Shown: positions 1 to 8,627 of the stretch, in pieces
How positions within the stretch are numbered: position 1 is the first letter of the stretch
Layout: each line of letters starts with the position of its first letter
IMG/VR virus record: IMGVR_UViG_3300014205_000003
Location: 96,001 to 160,000 of that record
Reading direction: 5' to 3' (one strand)
Source of the DNA: a virus
Lineage: Duplodnaviria; Caudoviricetes
DNA length: 64,000 bases
Position numbers and translations under genes: made by a program
The notes under the pieces: model-generated
Told to the model about the DNA's origin: nothing
The model's database searches: none
Seen by the model: only the letters and a program-made list of their open reading frames with translations

Positions 1-1404
1 GCCCTCATTCTCAAGAAGACTGCGTGGAAGCCTAAAGTTGGCGATACGTGTTATCGCGTTTCTGTCAGCGGTGAGGTGCAGAAGCACTACGATTTTAACA
101 GTGATGGTCATGTTGATGAATATGTCTGGGCAACCAATCAACTGTTCTCTACAGAGGAGTTTGCAATGGAAGCTGGACGCAGAATTCAGAAACTTCTTCG
201 TGACTACAAACGTGAAATAGGAGAAATCTAAACAATGTGCACATCTACGAAAACCGAATTGACCTTGAAGTGTACTCTCGAGATTCCCAATGGCTATGAA
301 GCTGTTGAGCTTCGACGAGCGTCTACCAGTGATGTATGGCTTTCTCAGGATGAAAGGCACTGTCTCGTTCGCACTAATCTTGCTTCTAACATTCCTGTAG
401 TGATTCTGAAGAAGCTTGCGTGGAAACCTGCGTTGAGAGAGACTTACTACTTTGTCACTCGTCAAGGTTTGGTAGATTCGACAACCTACGAGAATCAGAT
501 CTATGACCGCGAGTGTATTGAGCTAGGTAACGCCTTTAAAACGAAGATACAGGCTACCGAAGCGAGTAACCGCGTGAATGCTGTTCTTCAACAATATCAG
601 AAGGAGCTTGCCAATGTCTAAGACTCTTGCTTTCAAAGGTAAAATTGACGTAGAGCTTACAATTCCAGATGGCTGGATGATTCTTGCTATTCGTACTCCT
701 AAGCAGGGTGAGTACTATTTGAACTTTAACGACTCTATTGATGATCTCTGTGTCTGCATGAACGAAGACTTATTGGGTTCGCAGAAACGGATTATCCTTG
801 AGAAGGTTCGCTGGGTTCCTGCTGAAAAGAATCAAGATTACTACTTCGTAAACGGTGACGGAGAGGTGAAGTGCACTAATTATACAGGTGCACCATATGA
901 TGCTAGGGCGATCACTTTTGGTAACTGCTTCAAAACTAAAGAGCAAGCAGAAGCAGCGGCTAGAGTTATCAAGAAAGCTCTTGAGAAATTTCACATGGAG
1001 AACATTTGATGTGTAACAATAAGACATCCAAAGTGAGTGGAACTGTTCCTTTTGAAGATCTTCAGCTGGAGGACGGCTGGGAGTTTGTATGTGTCCGCAG
1101 TCCTAAGGTCGGAGAAACTGTTTATGTCCACCCCGGTCGTCACAAAGAGATTAACAATCCTTCAAAAGACTTGTACCTCATTATCAAGAAGTCTGCGTGG
1201 AAGCCTGCAAAAGGCGATACGTGTTATCGAGTATTTGCAAGTGGTGAAGTGAACAGTTATGACAACTTTGGACAAAATCAGTCGATTGACGCGTGTGTGT
1301 GGGCAACAAATCAGCTTTTCAATACAAGAGAAGCTGCCACTGAAGCTGGACGCAGGATTCAGGCACTTCTTCGTGCATATAAGAAAGAGATCGGAGAGAT
1401 TTAA
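1..1404 (+). CDS. Tandem array of four paralogous hypothetical proteins with a WKP...YY.V motif (1..231 partial, 235..621, 614..1009, 1006..1404)
   Basis: Shared motifs WKPKVGDTCYRV / WKPALRETYYFV / WVPAEKNQDYYFV / WKPAKGDTCYRV and a C-terminal 'F.T.E.A..A' helix; overlapping stop/start codons. Confidence 0.8.
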
Positions 1405-2018
1405 TGGACAAGTCTAAATTCATCTTCCACGACAGTTATATGAATGTTGATGGAGGTCGCGAAGAGTACACAGATCAGAAAGGCCGTGAGATCTCTATCG
1501 ACATTACTCAAGATCCCTATGCCAACTCTCCACTGGTTGAAGACGACTGCTTAGGCAAGATCTTCAGCTTTGGACGGAAGCATGGAAACTTCCTTCCGAT
1601 GGAAGCGACCAACATTGAGGATGCTTGCGTAGAGCTTGACAAGCGCTTCGGAAAGAATCGCTGGAACTTTCTTTCCTACTATCAACACGACGGCTGTATG
1701 TGGTTTCCTACAGGTTCTCCAGCACCAGCTGGTGTAGAGTTCCAGTGGGATGGAAGGCGTATTGCAGGAGTCTGGGTAGCTGACTATCAGCACTGGGAAA
1801 AAATTCGTCGATGGAAGCCTCTTAAGCGATCTGACGAGATCAGCAAGACGGCTGCTCTCGCCTGCAAGCTCTATACAGCTTGGTGCAACGGCGAAGTGTA
1901 TAACATTGAGATGGAGATTGGCAATCAGAGCACGAACATGCAAGCATATGGTGTAGAAGAGGCAGTTCAGCAGATCAATGACTTTTTAGAGGAAGAAGGA
2001 GTTACTGTTCTGCTGTAA
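1404..2018 (+). CDS. Hypothetical phage protein
   Basis: 204-aa ORF translationally coupled to the upstream gene. Confidence 0.75.
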   Translation: MDKSKFIFHDSYMNVDGGREEYTDQKGREISIDITQDPYANSPLVEDDCLGKIFSFGRKHGNFLPMEATNIEDACVELDKRFGKNRWNFLSYYQHDGCMWFPTGSPAPAGVEFQWDGRRIAGVWVADYQHWEKIRRWKPLKRSDEISKTAALACKLYTAWCNGEVYNIEMEIGNQSTNMQAYGVEEAVQQINDFLEEEGVTVLL

Positions 2019-2026
2019 AACAAAAT

Positions 2027-2061
2027 TCCTGAGACTGTTCTGATTGTAGAGCAGTCTCGGG
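2027..2061 (+). terminator. Intergenic ~14-bp stem-loop (terminator or processing hairpin)
   Basis: CCTGAGACTGTTCT-gattgt-AGAGCAGTCTCGGG inverted repeat with G-U pairs on the + strand. Confidence 0.55.
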
Positions 2062-2082
2062 ACAACTCTTTAGGAGCTTTTA

Positions 2083-2583
2083 GTGGTTATCTACGACGAA
2101 AGTATCTTTACCTATTGGAAGAGATTTCCAGTAGAGAATTACAAGGATCAATTTTTGAGAGATTTGCCTAGCTTACACAAACTTCCTACAGATATTTTTC
2201 TTGAGGCTCCTCAGAACCCTAATTTTTCGTGCGGATTTGTAGATCTTGTTCCTGCTTTGCTTCCTTTTCTTGTAGGCGCTTCAACATCTGGCAGAGTGTT
2301 TGTATGGGGACACTTTCCATACACTGCAAGTGTCGACACTACGTGGAATGCAACACCTGTCTGCGGAAGCTTTGTTCGTGGCGAAAAACTGGCTGCTTGG
2401 GGTAGATGTTTTTATCGTCATGGATTTGAGAAGCTGCTTAATTATTGTATTGGTAATGATCGTAGCGATGTCTTCTGCATACCTTTGCCGATAGCGAGAA
2501 AAACTCTGCGTTTATGCAAAGAGTTGTTCTCTCCACAATTGCTGGATGTTGTTGGAGCACTAAAAACAATCAACAATCTTTAG
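2083..2583 (+). CDS. Hypothetical protein, C-terminal 'I.NL' family
   Basis: GTG start after AGGAG; N-terminus VIYDESIF shared with the next gene; ends LKTINNL. Confidence 0.8.
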   Translation: MVIYDESIFTYWKRFPVENYKDQFLRDLPSLHKLPTDIFLEAPQNPNFSCGFVDLVPALLPFLVGASTSGRVFVWGHFPYTASVDTTWNATPVCGSFVRGEKLAAWGRCFYRHGFEKLLNYCIGNDRSDVFCIPLPIARKTLRLCKELFSPQLLDVVGALKTINNL

Positions 2584-2591
2584 GAGTTTTA

Positions 2592-3089
2592 GTGGTTATC
2601 TACGACGAGAGTATCTTTATCTATTGGAACAGATTTACAGAAGGTTACGAAGAGATGTTCTTGAAAGAGCTTCCAGAACTTAACGAGCTTTCTGCAGATC
2701 TGTTCATAGAAGCTCCTCGCGTTGACAAGTTTCCTATTCCTTTCTGTGAGAATGAGTCGTTGACTCCTTTTCTTGTAGGTGTGTCCTCATCGAATCGTCT
2801 GTTCATTTGGGGACACAACGAAAAGATAACATCACCGTATAGTCATTTTTGGCATGTTGAGAGTGTCAGTACGTCCGCACCGGAACATTCAAGATTGGAT
2901 AAATGGTCTGTCCGCGAGAACTTGAGTGGCTTTACGCAACTCTTCGACTTTGGTCTAGGGGGTTGTCGTCCTGACTGCTTTGACTTGACACGAGAAAACA
3001 CGCTCGCATCTCTCAAGGCCTGCAAATCTCTATTCTCTCCACATCTTCTAGACACAATCAAAACCTTAAACGTTATCAGAGAGCTCTAA
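2592..3089 (+). CDS. Hypothetical protein, paralog of 2083..2583
   Basis: GTG at 2592 after AGGAG; VIYDESIF...LFSP.LLD...LNVIREL. Confidence 0.8.
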   Translation: MVIYDESIFIYWNRFTEGYEEMFLKELPELNELSADLFIEAPRVDKFPIPFCENESLTPFLVGVSSSNRLFIWGHNEKITSPYSHFWHVESVSTSAPEHSRLDKWSVRENLSGFTQLFDFGLGGCRPDCFDLTRENTLASLKACKSLFSPHLLDTIKTLNVIREL

Positions 3090-3099
3090 GGAACTCTAA

Positions 3100-4218
3100 A
3101 TGATCGCATCTATTGCAGACTCACACATCGGTAAGTGTATTCGTAAAGGCATCGCAGAACTCGAGAAAGATGGAGCAGAAGCTCTTGGTCGAATGCTGGA
3201 TGCTATTCTAGTTAAAGCTCACGGCGAGCCTGTTCATCTCTTGGTTGCAGGAGACTCTGCAGATACTGTCTCTATCGACGGAGCAGGCATCCAAGGTCTA
3301 GTCAATCAGCTCAATGCTTTCGTAGACAAAGGAAACACTGTCTACTACATCCAAGGCAATCACGACAAGCAACGCTCCTCCATGCACTCTAAGCCAATCC
3401 TGGATAGTGTGCACAACAGTGTATATCTTCACAACAATCGAGTAGTCGTAGAAGGTAAAGTTATCAGAGGCCTTGACTATACGCCTCCTGAGAGTCTGAA
3501 GGAAGCTCTCAAGACCAAAGATGTCTCTTGCGATATTCTTGTCCTCCATGCAGCCTTCGAAGAAATCCTTCCATTTGCCAACGCGTTTGACTTGTCCTTT
3601 GAGGATGTTCCCAGTACTGTAGGAACGGTCATTGCAGGCGACATTCACACAGCTCGTAAATTGCAGTTGGTCGCTGGAGAGAATCGCTTCTTTGTGTCTC
3701 CTGGTGGCGTGCACAGCTGTGCAGTTGACCAGAAAGGTCCCTTTGGCTTCTGGACACTTGTGAAGGATGATTGGATCTTCACAGCTTGTCCTACAAGGGA
3801 GATTGTGGAAAGTGATTTGACTGAGATGGAAACTGTTGAGAGTCTTGGTGCGTTTATTCAACAACTTACCGACACTGCAAGAGCTCTTCCCAATCAAGCA
3901 AACTTGAAGCCTATTCTCAATCTCAAGTGGGACAGGAGTCGCTCTGATCTGTTCGACAAGTGTGTTGAAGTCTTGCAGAGTACTTATGTGATACTTGAGG
4001 AAGCGTATACCAGTAATGGAAAGGCTTTGGATGTCAAGGAGCTTCAGAGAGCTATGACAGACTTCAAAGCTACTACGATGGATGTGGCACTTCCGTTTGT
4101 GTGTGATGCGGCTCAGACGCCTCAAGTGTACAAGTTGCTTGAGCAGTGTTTAACAACTAAAGAGGCTCTTCCAGTTGTGGAGGGATTCATCAACATGGCA
4201 AAGGCAGGAACAATATGA
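3100..4218 (+). CDS. sbcD: SbcD/Mre11-like metallophosphoesterase nuclease
   Basis: Motifs IADSHIG, VAGDSAD, IQGNHD, AGDIH; near an SbcC gene. Confidence 0.85.
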   Translation: MIASIADSHIGKCIRKGIAELEKDGAEALGRMLDAILVKAHGEPVHLLVAGDSADTVSIDGAGIQGLVNQLNAFVDKGNTVYYIQGNHDKQRSSMHSKPILDSVHNSVYLHNNRVVVEGKVIRGLDYTPPESLKEALKTKDVSCDILVLHAAFEEILPFANAFDLSFEDVPSTVGTVIAGDIHTARKLQLVAGENRFFVSPGGVHSCAVDQKGPFGFWTLVKDDWIFTACPTREIVESDLTEMETVESLGAFIQQLTDTARALPNQANLKPILNLKWDRSRSDLFDKCVEVLQSTYVILEEAYTSNGKALDVKELQRAMTDFKATTMDVALPFVCDAAQTPQVYKLLEQCLTTKEALPVVEGFINMAKAGTI

Positions 4219-5157
4219 AAAACATGTTCAACGTCGAATGCGTGATTATGCAAAAGGATGGAGTAATTACTGAGCCTGCGGGTCTGGCTTGGGAAGAAAT
4301 CTACGAAGGTTTTGTTGCAGGTCCTTTTGAGTCTGACTGGCCGTACTATTTGTTTATCACTGTAACAGATATGCAGGATGCTTGTGGTGAGCCCGGATAC
4401 ATGGTTGAGATTCAAGCAGCTTCTCCTAAGGCTGCTGGAATGAAAAACCTGAAAAGTGCTGTAGAGAGTTGTGGAGAAGAGAACACAAACATCAAGAAGC
4501 TTACTCAGGTACAGCGTGCAGAACTGTTGAAGCAATATGGGATATCTGCGCATCTGTGGATCAAGTGGGACAAGTCTGCAAAAGACCCTGACAAGCTTGT
4601 GGAAGAAGCTAAGAAGGAAGCTACAGCAATTCCTATGATGTTCGGGTTCTACATGGATCGAGTTCAGAATCGAATTGGAAACACTGGTTGGGACTTCATC
4701 AAAGGGGATATTGGGTTCAAATGAAGTATAAAGTCGAAGTGATAGCAGATTCTTCTGGCAAGTGGGCAGGCAACGGTCTTACTTTTGACACTAAAGCAGA
4801 AGCTGAAGAGTACGCTAAGGATTTGATGTTCCGCTGGATACTTGTACGTGAATGGCGAGTCGTTGAAGTTCCCCCTAAAAAGGAAACTGTATGATTAGTG
4901 AAAAAACTCCTGTTGTATACAGGCTTGGCTACGAGCGCTGCGAGAATCATAAGGACGCGATGTGCTACTACAACACGAACAAGCACTCTCAGTGTCCGTT
5001 CTGTGCGGCTCAGACTATTATCAATCCTGACTTGGACAAGACAGGTGCTAAGAGTTTTGTGAAGAAGGCTATACGCTCTAAACGAAAGCACGATGATGGT
5101 CCGTATTTTGATGGTCTTTCAAAAGATATTGACTTTGACTCTGAGGAACTTGTCTGA
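4215..5157 (+). CDS. Three hypothetical proteins (4215..4724, 4721..4894, 4891..5157)
   Basis: Coupled ATGA overlaps; the last has CxxC motifs. Confidence 0.7.
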
Positions 5158-5312
5158 TGAACACACTTATCAAAGACCCTGTAGACATTAAGTGCTTGGA
5201 CATCTCAACAGCTCACATTACAGCTACAGACTCAAAGCTTCTGGAACAAGCCTGTGAAGAGGACAACCCAAGTCTGTCCGTATACGATTATAGTTACCAA
5301 CTAAGGAGCTAG
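5157..5312 (+). pseudogene. 5' fragment of a small protein (LDISTAHIT motif, DUF5983-like), truncated by TnpB cassette 1
   Basis: MNTLIKDPVDIKCLDISTAHITATDSKLLEQACEEDNPSLSVYDY then runs into the element end (AGTTACC) and stops; no 3' half on the other side. Confidence 0.6.
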
Positions 5313-5400
5313 TTGATTTGTCACGGAAGGGGGACTATAAGCTCCCCTCATCAGAATGTTTTTGGCTGCATTGAAGTCGGCATCCATCGTCACTCCACAA
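5290..5400 (-). ncRNA. Putative omegaRNA scaffold overlapping the tnpB 3' end; guide predicted to begin ~AATCGTATACGGACAGAC
   Basis: Hairpins GGGG-AGCTTATAGT-CCCC and CAACTA-GCTCCT-TAGTTG conserved in cassette 2; the 5' limit of the RNA is not determined. Confidence 0.55.
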
Positions 5401-6368
5401 GCAGTACAACAGAATGACTCTCCCTTTCGGGACAGTTTGTCTACCGCTCCGCACAAGCTACATGTCTGTGAAGAGTAAGCAGAGAAGACTTTCGTGTATC
5501 TAATGCCTTTTTCTTCACTGACTAGCTGAAGCCGACTCAAAACTTTTGAGTAGCTCCAGCGTTGCAACTTGTTCATGAATTGCTTGCTAATCTTGCCTTT
5601 AGAACCCTTCTTAACGTCTTTCAAATCTTCTACTACAAGCTCTTGAATATTGCGCAAGTCGAGAAGGTTTACCGATTGGTTGATCTTCTGATCCCGCTCT
5701 GTGAGAGCTTTCTTGAAGGCTTTAGACCCTTGTTTCTTCCTAGCTATTTTCTTGTAGACCTGTTCCATACCTACGTCGTAAATTTGCTTATCAGAAGAAG
5801 CAAGAAGTTTCTTATATCCGCAGTCAAGCCCTATAGAAGCTCCAGTAGCAGGGCTAGGAGATTCTTTCTCGAAAAAGATGTCAAGATACCACTTGCCATT
5901 TACTTTACGCAAGCAAGAAGACTTCTTAAGAGTCCAACCGTTCTGACTGAATTTAAGAAACTGCTTGTGACGTTTTGAAGGAATCTTAAGTACAATGTGG
6001 TTGCCAAGAGAGACCAATTTTATCCAAAAGTCAAAGGTGTTGTGTTCTGTATAGAATGTGCAGATTTTTTGATTTAGGCCAAACGTCTTTTGCGTGATCT
6101 TCGGCTTTGATGCTTTCTTCGTCTTGTTCTTTCTGGCTCTTGTTTTTTGAAGAATGCCAAAAGCTTGAACGAATAAACATCGACGTAAATCACAGCCTAG
6201 CCGAGTTTGAATCTTAGGAAGCTTGTCAAACTGTCTTGCGGAAGGATCGTTCCAAAAGTGATCTACGTAGAGCTGGAGAACCTTCAAAGCTTCGTTACCT
6301 ACAGTGTCGAGCTTCTGGAGCTTTCCAGTATTTGCAAAATTCAAGGACATTTGAACGGAACGAATCAC
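5301..6368 (-). CDS. tnpB: TnpB RNA-guided endonuclease
   Basis: RuvC motifs IGLDCG, VVEDL, DADFNAAKNI and Zn finger CSLCG...CTACG; all three catalytic acids intact. Confidence 0.92.
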   Translation of the reverse strand: MIRSVQMSLNFANTGKLQKLDTVGNEALKVLQLYVDHFWNDPSARQFDKLPKIQTRLGCDLRRCLFVQAFGILQKTRARKNKTKKASKPKITQKTFGLNQKICTFYTEHNTFDFWIKLVSLGNHIVLKIPSKRHKQFLKFSQNGWTLKKSSCLRKVNGKWYLDIFFEKESPSPATGASIGLDCGYKKLLASSDKQIYDVGMEQVYKKIARKKQGSKAFKKALTERDQKINQSVNLLDLRNIQELVVEDLKDVKKGSKGKISKQFMNKLQRWSYSKVLSRLQLVSEEKGIRYTKVFSAYSSQTCSLCGAVDKLSRKGESFCCTACGVTMDADFNAAKNILMRGAYSPPSVTNQLAP

Positions 6369-6532
6369 TTAGGAGCTTCTCCTGTAACGCGCTTAATAGA
6401 CTCGACAGAAATCTTACGTTGGTTTGACGGAGTCAAGTAACCCTTAAGCTTCCCTTCGTCGAACCAGCGACGAATTGAGTCTGGATGAACTCCCATCATC
6501 TTCGCAGCTTTACTAACAGATGTGTATTCCAT
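6365..6532 (-). CDS. 55-aa MerR/excisionase-type HTH protein (like the IS607 TnpA N-terminus, no recombinase domain)
   Basis: MEYTSVSKAAKMMGVHPDSIRRWFDEGKLKGYLTPSNQRKISVESIKRVTGEAPK*; TGA overlaps the tnpB GTG; below the ORF-track cutoff. Confidence 0.85.
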   Translation of the reverse strand: MEYTSVSKAAKMMGVHPDSIRRWFDEGKLKGYLTPSNQRKISVESIKRVTGEAPK

Positions 6533-6582
6533 TGTAACCTAGCCTTTCTATTGAATACTAATATAGCATAAGGAGCAATCAA

Positions 6583-8625
6583 GTGATTCCACTCTATTTC
6601 CGCTTAAGGAACTTCTGTCAGCAGAAGGATACCAAAGTCGACTATCGCTTCGGCATTACAGGTCTCATTGGCAACAATGGACATGGTAAATCAAACCTCA
6701 TCGATGCAGGTCAGTTCTTTGCCTGGACAGGCCAAGTCGTCAAAGACAAGAAAGAAGACTATCTGACTTGGGGACAATCCTCAGGCTCTGCTCAAGTCCA
6801 ATTCCAAGACAACAATCGAACCTACACGCTTACTCGTAATCTTCACAACGCTGGATGTACTCTCAAGTGGACATCTGCTAGTGGAGACACAGGTGAAGAG
6901 AAAGGCATCAAAGTTGTCGACAAGATCCTCGAAGAAGACATCCTTGGAATGCCCTTCGAAGTCTTTCGAGAAGCTAAGTTCTGCGCTCAGACTTCCCTGA
7001 TCGAAATTCTCAACATGACTGCTTCCAAGCGTATGGAGTACTTCCAAAAACTTGCAGGTGTTCAACGTGCTGAACAAATAAGAGGACTTCTGCAGACTAA
7101 GTCCAATGAACTTCCCAACGTTATGGATGTGTCTGCAGACATCAAGTCCATTGAGGACTCTGTAGTAGTGGCAGAAGAGACTGTCAACAACGCTGGTGTA
7201 GCTCTGAAGGCTTGGATGGCTACTTTGCCTTCTGAGGGTGCTGTAGAAGCTTTGGGACGCATCAATCAGACTCTCAAGACTACTCGAACTGTTGATGAAG
7301 TGTCAGCAGATATTGTTAAGTGCATACGTATTGTTCAAGAAAACACTCAGCGCATTAAAGACCTCAATGTAGACACTGCTCTGGTTCCAGTCGATCCTCC
7401 GACGCCGGAAGAGACTCTGGCAGCACAGCATACAGGATTCATCACCGCTAATAACAAGAAGATCGAAGATTTGACTCTTCAAGCTTCTAAGATTGCTGTC
7501 TATCAGATTCTTTCCAAGCCGGATACCAAACAAGTAGAAGACTTCCGAGAACTGTTAGGTAAGCAGCGTCCACTGTATGAAAGTGCTAAGACAGGTAAAT
7601 GTGAAACCTGTAAGCGTCCCTTTGAGTTTCAGGAAGATCCCAAAGAGATTATCAAGCGCTTCGAGGAAGCTGAGAAGGTCTTTGCGCTGGCTTCTGCAGA
7701 ACTCAAGCGTCAGCAGAGTGATTATGAGAAGAACACTCAAGACATTGTAAGAGCTTCTACTTCCAAGTCTGGCCTGACTAGGCAGGTTGCGGAATTGGAA
7801 GCAGATAACACTCGGAGACAAGCTTCCATACCCTCAGGCTTTGCTTTAGCTATCTATGAGCAGAAAGTTGCTAAGTATCAGACTTGGCAGAGTCAACAGG
7901 CTCACTTGAACAGCGTTCAGAAGCAAGTCAAGGAATATGAGAAGGCTATCCTAAGTGCACAGATGTGCGCGGAACAGCTGAAGAAGGAGCCTGAGCTTAC
8001 CAAGGAAGACGTTGAGAAGTTGACTCAGGAGAAGATTCGGATCGAAGATGCCTTGAGTCAGATCTCAAGCATTCAAACAGCTCAAGTGTCTGCTCAAGCT
8101 CTCATTCTGAGCAGTAAGTCGCAGTTGGATAGGTTGAAGAAGCAGCAAGAGCAGTTTGTGTTGTATGGAAAGATTAGAGGATGGCTTGAATCGGCTAGGA
8201 CATATCTGCACAGGGATGTTCTGCCTAAATTCGTGATGAGTCGACTTTTGACAGGTATGAACTCATGCTTGTCGTACTACTTGGCTCGCTTCAACGCTCC
8301 GTACAATGCTCGAGTGGATGAGAACTTTCAGTTCAAGGTTCAGTTCAAGACTGGCCCTGAGGTGTCTGCTTCTCGACTGTCTGGTGGCGAGTCTGTAGCG
8401 CTTGTGGTGGCGTTTCGCTTCGCATTGGCTGAACTGCTAGGGAAATCCTTTCCACTATTGGTAATGGATGAGCCTACAGCTTGGCTAGATCAGGAGAAGA
8501 AGCAGGTGATGGTTGATGTATTGAAAACGGCTAAGGGATTTGCTGAGAAGGGTTCGTATGTGTTCGTAGTTACACATGATCACATTCTGCTTCCGGCAAT
8601 GACACGCACGATAGAGGTTGAATAG
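6583..8625 (+). CDS. sbcC: SbcC/Rad50-like ATPase
   Basis: Walker A GNNGHGKS, coiled coil with CETC zinc hook, LSGGE signature, MDEPT Walker B, VTHD. Confidence 0.92.
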   Translation: MIPLYFRLRNFCQQKDTKVDYRFGITGLIGNNGHGKSNLIDAGQFFAWTGQVVKDKKEDYLTWGQSSGSAQVQFQDNNRTYTLTRNLHNAGCTLKWTSASGDTGEEKGIKVVDKILEEDILGMPFEVFREAKFCAQTSLIEILNMTASKRMEYFQKLAGVQRAEQIRGLLQTKSNELPNVMDVSADIKSIEDSVVVAEETVNNAGVALKAWMATLPSEGAVEALGRINQTLKTTRTVDEVSADIVKCIRIVQENTQRIKDLNVDTALVPVDPPTPEETLAAQHTGFITANNKKIEDLTLQASKIAVYQILSKPDTKQVEDFRELLGKQRPLYESAKTGKCETCKRPFEFQEDPKEIIKRFEEAEKVFALASAELKRQQSDYEKNTQDIVRASTSKSGLTRQVAELEADNTRRQASIPSGFALAIYEQKVAKYQTWQSQQAHLNSVQKQVKEYEKAILSAQMCAEQLKKEPELTKEDVEKLTQEKIRIEDALSQISSIQTAQVSAQALILSSKSQLDRLKKQQEQFVLYGKIRGWLESARTYLHRDVLPKFVMSRLLTGMNSCLSYYLARFNAPYNARVDENFQFKVQFKTGPEVSASRLSGGESVALVVAFRFALAELLGKSFPLLVMDEPTAWLDQEKKQVMVDVLKTAKGFAEKGSYVFVVTHDHILLPAMTRTIEVE

Positions 8626-8627
8626 GT

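Larger units (their letters stand above)
5290..6575 (-). mobile_element. TnpB cassette 1: mini-HTH + tnpB + omegaRNA, no transposase
   Basis: Right end ...AGTTGGTAACTAT and left end TCCTTATGCTATATTAGTATT shared with cassette 2 (46383..47670); boundaries +/- a few nt. Confidence 0.8.

Noticed and set aside
5290-6575. Complete IS607 or IS605 transposon
   Set aside because: No serine recombinase or Y1 transposase domain, and the flanks do not rejoin into one gene. A transposase outside the window cannot be excluded.
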